Part shown: positions 53,301-63,245 of the stretch, one piece after another
How positions within the stretch are numbered: the stretch's first letter is position 1
Layout of the letters: each line of letters opens with the position of its first letter
Assembly: GCA_038087875.1 (NCBI GenBank)
Contig: CM076000.1
Coordinates: 310,001 to 374,000 of the forward strand
Length of the DNA: 64,000 bases
DNA from: Malacoraja senta
Taxonomy: Eukaryota
Direction of reading: 5' to 3'
Made by a program: the position numbers and the translations under genes
The notes under the pieces: generated by a model
The model's database searches: none
What the model saw: only the letters and a program-made list of their open reading frames with translations
What the model was told of the DNA's origin: nothing

Positions 53301-54880
53301 ATCGAGATATGTCTCATGGGAATCAGATCCAGGAGCAGTGGCGATTGATGCTTTCTCGCTACATTGGGGTGGTATGTTTTCATATATATTTCCACTTTTC
53401 TGCCTCATAAGCCAATGTTTACTTAAAATCAGGCAAGATGCTGCTTCAGGGGTATTGGTAGTACCAGATTGGCCTACACAGCCATGGTATCCGTTGATAT
53501 TAGAATTAACAACACAAATGTTGATGAAAGTCCCAAAAAGGAGTAATTTATTGCTGCACCCTGTAACAGGAGAACAACATCCATTATATGATCGTTGTTG
53601 ATTTGCAGGTTTTAAGAAGGCCTTTTCTGGGGGCGAGGACTGTCTGAGCATACTGTGGACATGCTTACGGCAGCCTGGAGGAAGAGCACTTAAAAAACAG
53701 TACCTTTCTTATATTAAGAAATGGGAAGAGTTCTGTGTACAAAAGAATGTGCAATAAAGTACTGCAGATATTTCAAATGTTTAGAATTTCTGTCAAAACT
53801 TTATTATGATGAAGGTCTGAGTTGTAGTGCAATTAATTCAGCCAGAAGTGCATTGTCCTCATATTTGGTTCTGGATTCAGAAAGAAACTCACTTGGGTTA
53901 CACCCACTTGTTTCCAGACTAATGAAAGGAATCTTTAATTCCAAACCACCGAAACCTAGGTACATGACAATCTGTGATGTAAGTGTGGTACTGAAGCTAC
54001 TTCGTGAATGGTTACCAAGTGTGTCTTTACTGTTGGCCAAGCTCAGTATGAAAGTAGTCATGCTTATGGCATTAATGACAGCACAACGAGTACAAACACT
54101 TGGAAAATTACAAATAGACAGGATGGAAGTAACTGTAGACAAGGTTACATTCTATATCTATGACCTACTAAAGCAAAGTAGGCCAGGTGTGACAGGATTT
54201 AAAAATTGTGCTAGCAGCATATCCAAATGATCCTTGTCTCTGTGTTAAGACATATTTGTTACAATACATGGAGGTCACAAAGAATTTGAGAAATATGGAA
54301 ACTGGGTTGTTGATCACACACAAGAAACCACACAAGAGAGTTTCAGTACAGACTATTTCCAGATGGATAAAAGAAGTCTTAACAGCTGTTGGTATTAACA
54401 CTGATGTTTTTACGTCTCACTTGACTAGGGCAGCAGAAACGTCGGCGGCCAGGGCGAAAGACGTCCCCGTCGACCATATCCTCGCAGCCGCCGGGTGGTC
54501 CAATGAGTTGATGTTTCAACATTTTTACCATCGGCCTATTGTTAATGCGGGATTGTTTGTGAGAAGCCAGGATTGATCTACGGCATGAAATCACAAAGCT
54601 TTAAAATCTTCACGTAGTCACTCACGTGACTCCGAAGTAAAATAGTAAGATTAAATGAGAACTTACCAGTTTGAAGTTTGATCTTTATTTTATGAGGAGT
54701 TACATAGGTGATTACGTGCCCACCACGACCCTACCCTCTATCATAAAGGTCAGATGGAAGTTCTTGTATTACTCGTTTTATTATGAGACTATATTACTTC
54801 GGTTGTTGTTTTTTGTGATTTCACACCGCTGCTTTGAAGATTGACGCGCAGGCACACTGGCGGGGTTCTTCACGTAATCA
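50359..54880 (+). mobile_element. DIRS1-like tyrosine-recombinase retrotransposon, nearly complete, decayed
   Basis: gag (LLFGEDL, about 50567-51700); RT (QFKALPNGLTSAPRIFTK, AYLDD); RNase H (TDASALGWGA); methyltransferase-like domain (IDLFASRLNHQL...DAF...W); YR (AQRVQTL, HLTRAA, AAGWS...FYHRP). Left ITR 50359-50421, internal complementary region 54607-54718, right ITR 54842-54880. Confidence 0.94.
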
Positions 54881-54896
54881 TGTCATAGCTGCTTTA

Positions 54897-54902
<6 letters not shown>

Positions 54903-54940
<38 letters not shown>
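54903..54940. repeat. (CT)n microsatellite
   Basis: Directly visible. Confidence 0.97.
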
Positions 54941-54944
<4 letters not shown>

Positions 54945-55020
54945 TGGCTGCAGCCATCGTCTGCTTCGGTGAGGGAAGCAGGTCGATGATTGATCAAAAG
55001 GCCCCTCGGAGATTGTGTCT

Positions 55021-55185
55021 CATTGGCCGCCAAGTGACCAGTGCATTATGTGATTTGACACAATGCCCTTGGAGACGGCGGCTGATTGGACGGGATGAGA
55101 CCGATTTATTGATTGGATGGGAATTTTAAGGGAATCTGGTCGGTGATTGGACGCAACCCCCTTAGAGACATCGGTTGATTGGCCG
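55021..55185. promoter_or_regulatory. Cluster of five inverted CCAAT boxes (ATTGG), promoter-like
   Basis: cattggc at 55021 and tgattgg at about 55083, 55110, 55144 and 55176; 27-34 bp spacing for the last four; CpG retained. Confidence 0.4.
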
Positions 55186-55855
55186 CCAAATAATCGGCAC
55201 AAAAAATTAAAAATAGGAAAACATTAAAATCGGAATTACGATTTAAATCGGAAGAATATCATGCCTGAGCTGCAGCAAAGATACTAGTATCTGCTCTAGT
55301 ATCTTTGATCTACAGTTCCTTCCTATTGATGAAGAACCCTGGCCCAAAGCAACTCCTAATCCATTCCCTCCACAGATGCCGCCTAGCCCGCTGAGTTCCT
55401 CCAGCACTCTGTGTTTTTTATTTAACTCTTGCAATTGAAGTTAGACATAAAGCTGGAGTAACTCAGCGGGACAGGCAGCGCAGTGACTTTGGAGAGAAGT
55501 CCCTTCTTCAGACTGAACTGAGCTCTCGTCGGTGAGAGTACTTGTGATTGTCTGCAGAAGGGTCTCGACCCGAAACTCCACCCACTCCCCAGACCCGCCG
55601 CCCGTCCCTCTGAGCCACCCCAGCCCCCCCCCCCACCCCATGTCCACCTTCAACTCCAGAGCCAAACAAAAAACACAGAGTGCTGGAGGAACTCAGCGGG
55701 CCAGGCGGCACCCGCAGAGGGAACGGACCAGGAGCCGCCAGGGTCCCCCCCACTCCAACAGGAAGGAACCGCAGATGCAGCCGTCCCCGAAAAACGGCAA
55801 ATGATTCCGGGAATGCCGAGGCGAGAAGGTGAGAGAGCGAGTGAGAGCGAGAGAG

Positions 55856-56251
55856 ATCCAAGGGACGGATTTGGATCCCAACTACTCCTCGCTGAGACCT
55901 CACCAGAAGTTTCAAACCTATGGCCCCCTCCAGTTCGGACCACGTGGACCAAGATACCACGTTGTAAACACCCACGTTCGCTACTTTAACTGGGAGTTCA
56001 CGTTCCGCCACAGTCCCGCCAGCAGTTTACAGCTGTTTGATATCCGCTTCAGGAAGGAGCGGGTGGTCTACGAGTTGAGCGTCCAGGAGGTGAACTCTGT
56101 TTACAGCGGAGGGAAACCAGGTCTGATGAGGGCCAAGTTCTTAGACAATCATTATGGAATTGGGAAAAGTTCCAATGAGCTAGTGAAAGACGTGGACTGC
56201 CCTTACAGCGCCTCTTTCCTCCACACTCTTCATCTCATGGAGACTGGAAAC
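55856..56251 (+). pseudogene. Copper-containing amine oxidase (AOC1/AOC3 family) coding fragment
   Basis: GPLQFGPRGPRYHV...WEFTF...LQLFDIRFRKERVVYELSVQE..SVYSG..P..M..KFLD..YGIG....EL..DVDCPYSASFL matches the start of the AOC catalytic domain (AOC3 as recalled: PLQFYPQGPRF...FDVRFQGERLVYEISLQE...GVDCPY). Truncated at both ends, with no further AOC sequence in the window. Confidence 0.88.
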
Positions 56252-56367
56252 CAAAGATCCCATAACGGAGCAAGATGGTCCACTCGACGACAAAGCCGTA
56301 GTAGGGTCATGGGTAATCATCAGCACCATTTCCGTAACCGGCTTCCGTCTCCGCTCTAGTATCTTTG
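56252..56367. mobile_element. Short TIR element (CAAAGAT... termini)
   Basis: caaagatcccataacggag ... ctccgctctagtatctttg imperfect 19-bp inverted termini; a 32-bp relative lies at 55276-55307. Confidence 0.6.
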
Positions 56368-56834
56368 CTTTGGTCACGGCTTCTTCATCCCCCCCCCCCC
56401 CCCCCCCCGGGTGAGCCCCAGGTTCCCAGCCAAGGTCTGTAGAATCATAGAAATACAAATAAAGTCTATTATAGACTTTATATCTCTATGGTAGAATGGA
56501 AAGTAATCAAAATGTGCGCTTAAAAAGTGCCTGCGAGTTAATGGACCAAACAGATCTAAGCTATATTTTAATATAAAATTGCATACATGTAAGCCTACAA
56601 GTAGCAAACAAAATGTGTAGATCACCTCTGTAAAGTACATAGTTACAATACCACTTGTTTTAGTGACTGTGAAATGAAAAAAAAAATTTAACTAGATCTG
56701 TCCCCTACTTTATCCTGGATTAAGTAGCGCAGGATAAAGCTGCGAATTCACGCACAGGATGGAAACTGGAAACTGAAAAGTAGGGGAACGCCATCCCTCT
56801 GCGTACCCCCCCCCCCCCCAATTCCATCACTGGT

Positions 56835-57290
56835 CCTGAGCCTCCTCCACTGTCACAATGAGGCCAAACCCAAATTGGAGGAACAGCACCTCATATTTCG
56901 CTTGGGCAGCTTAGAACCCAGTGGTATGAATATTGATTTCTTTATTTTCAAGTAACCCTTGCACCCTCTCTCTCCATCCCTCCCATACCCTAGTCAACCT
57001 ACTCATTTCACTGTCATCCAGTTTAGTTTCACTGTTCGTATCCCCTCGTTATCACCTTTCCAACAGCCTACAATGGACCATTGTGGGCGCCACCTTTCCT
57101 TGATCATCGTTGCTGGCTCCGATTTGTTTTCCGTACCTTTCATTCATTTGTTCTTTGTACCTTATCATACCTCTAGTTTTCCTCTCCCCTGACTCTCAGT
57201 CTGAGGAAGGGTCGACCCAAAACGTCACCTATTCCTTTTCTTCAGAGATGCTGCCTGACCCGCTGAGTTACTACAGCATTTTGTGTCTAA
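56835..57290 (+). mobile_element. Penelope-like 3' fragment with pLTR
   Basis: KLEEQHLIFRLGSLEPSGMNIDF; pLTR with degenerate hammerhead core at 57201-57226. Confidence 0.78.
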
Positions 57291-58266
57291 CTAAATATAA
57301 TTTTATTGTTATTTATGTTTGTTCACATTTTACAGGTTTAACTATTGTTCTTGTTATTCATTAATTAACCTCACACTTTAGTATTAGCTGAACTGCATTG
57401 CCATAAAATGCAATTACTGTACACACTAAAATTGGAACTATTGCCAAAAGGTTTAAAAATAAGAATGAGCCATTGGAGAAAATGATTTAACCAAACCACC
57501 TTACAATTGAAATACGAGTAATGAACAGGAACTTGATAAGAAATTGGAGAAGTCCAATACCAAATCAGATTAAATGTGTGGTGAAAATTAAATTGATGAA
57601 GTGTGCATGGTGCATTATACATTGATTTTCTGTCCGCTCTAACAGAGCAGCCGATAATTCAAAATCATGCAAACAATATTCATCTTGGAAGTTGTCTGGC
57701 AAAGGCAAAGGCAAAACCTCGGATGGGCAGCAGCTGTGTAAATGATACTTGAATTTCTAAGTTGCAGCAGGTCCTGTGATCAGTGTTTGCTCCATTCAAA
57801 ATCTGATTTCAGACCGTGTTTGAAGAACATAATTTTGGTTCCTCTGCATCCCAATTTGGAGGTATGTAAATGCTCGTAACAGTAGCAACATACAAATTGC
57901 ATTTTACAGGTAGACACAAAATGCTGGAGTAAATCAGTGGACAGGCAACAAATCTGCTTGTTACTACAGAGTTACTACAGTATTTTGTGTCTACGTTCGA
58001 TTTAAACCAGCATCTGCAGTTCTTTCCTTCACAAATTGCATTTTACAGATAGTCAGCAAAATGAAAAAAAAATCCATGTGGCTGTGTATTTGAAAAAGTC
58101 TTGAACAATCAATTTTTTTCTGGTCCAACGCTAATGGCTCTTCTATTGTTTGCACTTCTAACTCTGTTAATTTGCTTCAATGTTTCAGGTGAGAGTTGTC
58201 ATATTTGATTCTATTAATGGATCAATGATCCTGTGGAAGTTGAGAAACAACATTTTTTCAATGGTG

Positions 58267-60151
58267 GGTACACAAAAATGCTGGAGAAACTCAGCGGGTG
58301 CAGCAGCATCTATGGAGCGAAGGAAATAGGCAACGTTTCGGGCCGAAACCCTTCTTCAGACTGATAGGGGGTGGGGAGAAGAAAGGAAAAAAAGGAAAAA
58401 AGGCGGAGGAGGAGCCCGAGGGCTGGGGGATGGGAGGAGACAACCAGAGGGCTGATGAAGGGGAGGGGACAGCAAGGGCTAGCAGAGTTGGGAGAATTCA
58501 ATGTTCATGCCCCCAGGGTGTAGACTGCCCAAGCGGAATACGAGGTGCATTTCCTCCAATTTCCAGTGTTGCTCGCTGTGGCCATGGAGGAGACCCAGGA
58601 CAGAGAGGTCAGATACGGAATGGGAGGGGGAGTTGAAGTGCTGAGCAGGTAGGTTATTGCGGACTGACCGGAGGTGTTCGGGAAACGATCGCCAAGCCTC
58701 CGCTTGGTCTCACCGATGTAGATCAGCTGACATCTAGAGTAGCGGATGCAATAGATGAGGTTGGAGGAGATGCAGGTGAACCTCTGTCGCACCTGGAACG
58801 ACTGCTTCGGTCCTTGAATGGAATCGAGGGGGGAGGTGAAGGGACAAGTGTTGCATCTCTTGTGGTTGCAAGGGAAAGTACCCGGGGAGGGGGTGGTACA
58901 GGAGGGAAGGGAAGAATTGACAAGGGAGTTACGGAGGGAGCGGTCTTTGCGGAAGGCAGACATGGGGGGAGATGGGAAGATGTGGCGAGTGGTGGGGTCA
59001 CGTTGGAGGTGGCGAAACTGACGGAGGATCACTTGTTGTATGTGACGGCTGGTGGGATGAAAGGTGAGGACTAGGGGGACTCTGCCCTTGTTGTGAGTGG
59101 GGGGATGGGGAGAGAGAACAGTGTTGCGGGGTATGGCAGAGACCCTGGTGCGAGCCTCATCTATGGTGGAGGAGGGGAACCCCCGTTCCCTGAAGAATGA
59201 GGACATTTCGGATGCCCTGGTGTGGAACGCCTCATCCTGGGAGCAGATGCGGCGTAGACGGAGGAATTGAGAGTGGGGGATGGAGTCCTTACAGGAAGCA
59301 GGTTGGGAAGAAGTGTAGTCCAGATAGCCATGGGAGTCGGTAGGTTTGTAGTGGATGTCGGTATGAAGTCTATCACCTGCGATGGAGATAGTGAGGTCAA
59401 GGAATGGTAGGGAAGTGTCGGAAATGGTCCAGGTGTATTTGAGTGCCGGATGGAAGTTGGTGGTGAAGCGGATGAAGTCACTCAGTTGTGTGTGGGTGCA
59501 GGATGTGGCACCAAAACAGTCATCGATGTGGCAGAGGTAGAGGTCGGGGATGGGGCCCAGGTACGTATTGAACAAGGATTGTTCTACGTACCCGACAAAG
59601 AGGCAGGCGTAGCTGGGGCCCATGCGTGTGCCCATAGCTACGCCTTGTATTTGGAGGAAATGGGAGGAGTCAAATGAGAAGTTATTGAGGGTAAGGACCA
59701 GCTCCGCTAGGCGGAGGAGGGTGTCAGTGGCCGGGTATAGGTTGCTTCTTCGGTCGAGAAAAAACCGGAGGGCTTCGAGACCATCCTGGTGGGGGATGGA
59801 GGTGTACAATGACTGGACGTCCATGGTGAAGATGAGGGGGTGAGGGCCTAGAGAATGGAATGCGCGCAGACGACGGAGCGTGTCTGAGGTGTCTTGAACA
59901 TAGGTAGGGAGGGATTTAACCAAGGGGGATGGGATGGAGTCGAGGTAGGCGGAGATGAGTTCGGTGGGGCACGAACAGGCAGAGACAATGGGTCTCCCGG
60001 GACAGTCAGGTTTGTGGATTTTGGGGGAAGGGTTTCGGCCCGAAACGTTGCCTATTTCCTTCTCTCCATAGATTTTGCTGCACCCGCTGAGTTTCTCCAG
60101 CATTTTTGTGTACCTTCGATTTTCCAGCATCTGCAGTTCCTTCTTTAACAC
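58267..60151 (-). mobile_element. Penelope-like retroelement (RT + GIY-YIG endonuclease), 5'-truncated, with inverted pseudo-LTR and 14-bp TSD
   Basis: PKIHKPDCPGRPIVS, TMDVQSLYTSI, GVAMGTRMGP, HIDD, NLIYCI...YIGET. pLTR at 58267-58365 and an inverted copy at 60027-60151. ttttttcaatggtg at 58253-58266 and 60152-60165. Confidence 0.95.
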
Positions 60152-60516
60152 TTTTTTCAATGGTGTTTTGTTTTAGGTTGGTTGTAATTAGCATAATTTG
60201 TGTTGCTGCAATTGACCTTTTAGCAACAACCCCAAACCCAGAGTAATAGTGGACACTAGGAGAGCATAGATGTTTGAGATGCCAGTAGATAAACAGTGGG
60301 ATTTCAGATTTGTGATGGGATCTTCTGATTCTACCTCCCAGTTTGTAAATGTAATTGCCAATTTGACGGAGTAAATTTGAGGCCAATGCTCCTGTTATTT
60401 GAAATCAATGTCAATCCTTCTTATTCCAGTCGTCTTCATACAGGGTGAGCTTCTGCACTGTATGACTAGAACAATTTTCTTGCCTCATTACTTATTTCCA
60501 TTGATTGGAAATATAT

Positions 60517-60649
60517 GTGTTAAAGAAGGAACTGCAGATGCTAGAAAATCGAAGGTACACAAAAATGCTGGAGAAACTCAGCGGGTGCAGCAGCATCTAT
60601 GGAGCGAAGGAAATAGGCAACGTTTCGGGCCGAAACCCTTCTTCAGACT
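60517..60649 (-). mobile_element. Solo pLTR of the same Penelope subfamily
   Basis: Essentially identical to 58267-58362; intact hammerhead-like core at 60646-60619. Confidence 0.88.
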
Positions 60650-61034
60650 AACACCAAAAATATATGCTTGGTTTCAATGCAAAATACCCCCTCTTCATTT
60701 ATTCAATGTATTTTGCTTACAGACAGAATTTAAAATGGCAATGACCAAGGTGCATCATGCTGCAATGGCCTCAGTGACCTCAGATTATTCTCTGCTGGAA
60801 AGTAATTTGTGTGTGTGGCTGACAATGCATTTTGCATATTGAAGTTCCGGAGCAAAAGACAACAACATGTATATTGGACCAATCTGAATACACTTTTTTC
60901 CCTTTTTTGGAGTGAGATATAATTGTGTTCATGTCATTAATTGCTCAGTGTGTAAAGGTGGAATAGGGTTTGGTGGGTGAAAATAGGGAAAGTTCCTGAT
61001 CACTATCCATCTGGATAATGTCGGAGAGCTAGTC

Positions 61035-62400
61035 ACAGTCATACAGCACAGATCCCTCAGCCCAACTCATCCATGCCAACCTACTTTTATAACTAAGCAA
61101 GTCGAATTTGTCAGTTTGGCCCAAATCCCTCCGTCTTTCCTATCCATATACATGTCCAAATGTCTTTTAAAATTCATCACTGTACCCACCTCTTTAGCTT
61201 CCTTTGCCAGCTCATTTTATATATGCACCACCAGCTACGTGAAAAATTTACCCCTCACATCTCTTCAATATTTCCCCTCTAAACCTTAAACCTTCGTCAT
61301 CTATTTCAGGTTGACTATCCTGGGGAAAAAACACTAACCATTCACCTTACCTATGCTCAACATTTTGTTTGCCTCCATAAGATCACCCTTCAGTCTCCTA
61401 CATACCAGGGAAAAACGACCCAGCCTATTCAATCTCTCCTTGTAATTCAAGCCAGAGTCCTGGTAATATCGCAGTGAATATTTTCTGTAATCTTTCCAGC
61501 TTAATAATACCCTTCCTTAGAGCAGTGCAAATCAGAACTGTACACAATATTCCACATGTGGTCTCACCAAAGTCATGTACAGCAGTAGCACGATGTCCCA
61601 ATTCCTGTACTCAGTAGCTTTACCAATAAAGGGAAACATGCCAAATGTCTTCAACACTCAGTCTACTTGTGTTGCCAATTTCAGGGAACTGTACATCTGT
61701 ACCCTTTTCTCTCTCTGGTTAGGTCGGGGGGAGTTCCCCCCGCCACAGGTACCATGTAATTCCGTGCTACCTGCTCCATGGTCGGATAGTCGGCGACTAA
61801 ACCGTCTCCCCCATCTGGTTTGCCAGGTGAGGAGGGGGCTGTGGACCCCCAACAGGACCAAAAACAAGACCTGTCATAGGGCGGATGAGCTCCTAGCGAG
61901 CCAACGGCCATCCTCACCAGTAGAAGCTGTGATCACTGTCGTACATAGCATTGTAAGGCACCATGCCCGTTGATGTTTTCAACGATGATGATGATTCTCT
62001 CTCTACCACAGCACTCTCCACGACCCTACCATTTATTGTGCGATTCTTACTCTGGTTTGACTAACCAAAATGCATCATCACAAACCTGCCTGAGCTAAAT
62101 GAGTCCGCCATTCTTTGACCCAATTGCAAATCCTTTTTCAAACTTGGAAACACTCACTCACCACCAATTTTGGTGTTACCCACAAATTTAATAATCACAT
62201 TAACTACATTTTCAAATATATCATTAATATAGATAACAAATAATGGAGGGCCCAGCACCAATCCTTGTGGTATACCAATGGTCCCAGGCCTCCAATCAGA
62301 TAAAAATACTCTCCACCACCACCATCGGAATCTCAATACCAAGTGGATTTTGAATCGAGTTGTCTATCTTACCCTGGACTCCATGCAATCTAACCTTACG
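61035..62400 (-). mobile_element. Old CR1 LINE remnant, interrupted at 61717-61994
   Basis: [19 protein letters not shown] (62154-62342 ORF); cacatgtggtctcaccaa (LVRPH); tail at about 61035. Confidence 0.8.
61717..61994 (+). mobile_element. Short retroposon with (GAT)n tail and 10-bp TSD (RTE-type SINE-like)
   Basis: ttctctctct at 61707-61716 and 61995-62004; ends cgatgatgatga. Confidence 0.7.
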
Positions 62401-63091
62401 GACTAACTATTGGAGGAACACAGAACTGGATTTGACATTGTTGCCTTTCACAGCAAGAACAATGGATAACTGTACCCAGGTTTTCAAAGGTTTCCTGGGT
62501 GAACAAATGGGGAAAAAATAGGATTTAAAATACTTGAAGCAATTCTTGAGGTAACTACCTGGCAGCAGACTGCAAGGATGTTCTTTATCCTTGAGGAAAA
62601 TACATGAAAGGGTCAGTCATGCTGCACCTGATCCAATGACTATTCATCTGGAAAATACAACCCATGTCTTGCTTGACAAGTTCAAATATTATGCAATGTC
62701 AGTAATTCATAAATAGTGCAGTACCCAAGAACTCATACAGGTAACACGGTAACCACTTAATTTTTCTGCACAAGTATTTTAAATTCCTTGCTGCTTATTT
62801 ATTAATGCAAAACATTTATGCATTTCCAGAAGCACATTCATTTATTCATGTGAATTATACCAGCATAAAATAAATTGGATAGCAGTGATCCCCCCAAAGA
62901 TATGTACTCTGTTTCGTTATGCAAATCTTTGCAATTTTGACAGAAACGTATTTATTTTATCATTCTTATTCTCGTTCTCCATGGTGGACTTTCTAAATTT
63001 CTCATGGAACCCAATTCAATTGGAGAAGAACAGGTGGAAATGAACAGAATCAAATAAGTGGAACCCAGGTGACCAATACAACCTGAAACAT

Positions 63092-63245
63092 AAGACACAA
63101 AGTGCAGGAGTAACGCTGGATCAAGGGTCGTGTCCAGAAACATCATCTATACATGTTCTCTAGAGATGCCGCCTGACCTGCTGGTTACTCCAACACAGTG
63201 TGTCGTTTTCTGTATTAACCAACATCTGCAGTTCTTTGTTTCTAC
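63092..63245. mobile_element. Penelope pLTR-derived palindromic element
   Basis: agacacaaagtgcaggagtaac ... gttactccaacacagtgtgtc...catctgcagttctttgtttcta. Confidence 0.65.

Noticed and set aside
56692..56832. CTAG plus nested inverted repeats as a Helitron end that captured the AOC fragment
   Set aside because: The orientation would place the element away from the AOC piece. It looks more like a small DNA-transposon remnant, and the family cannot be assigned.
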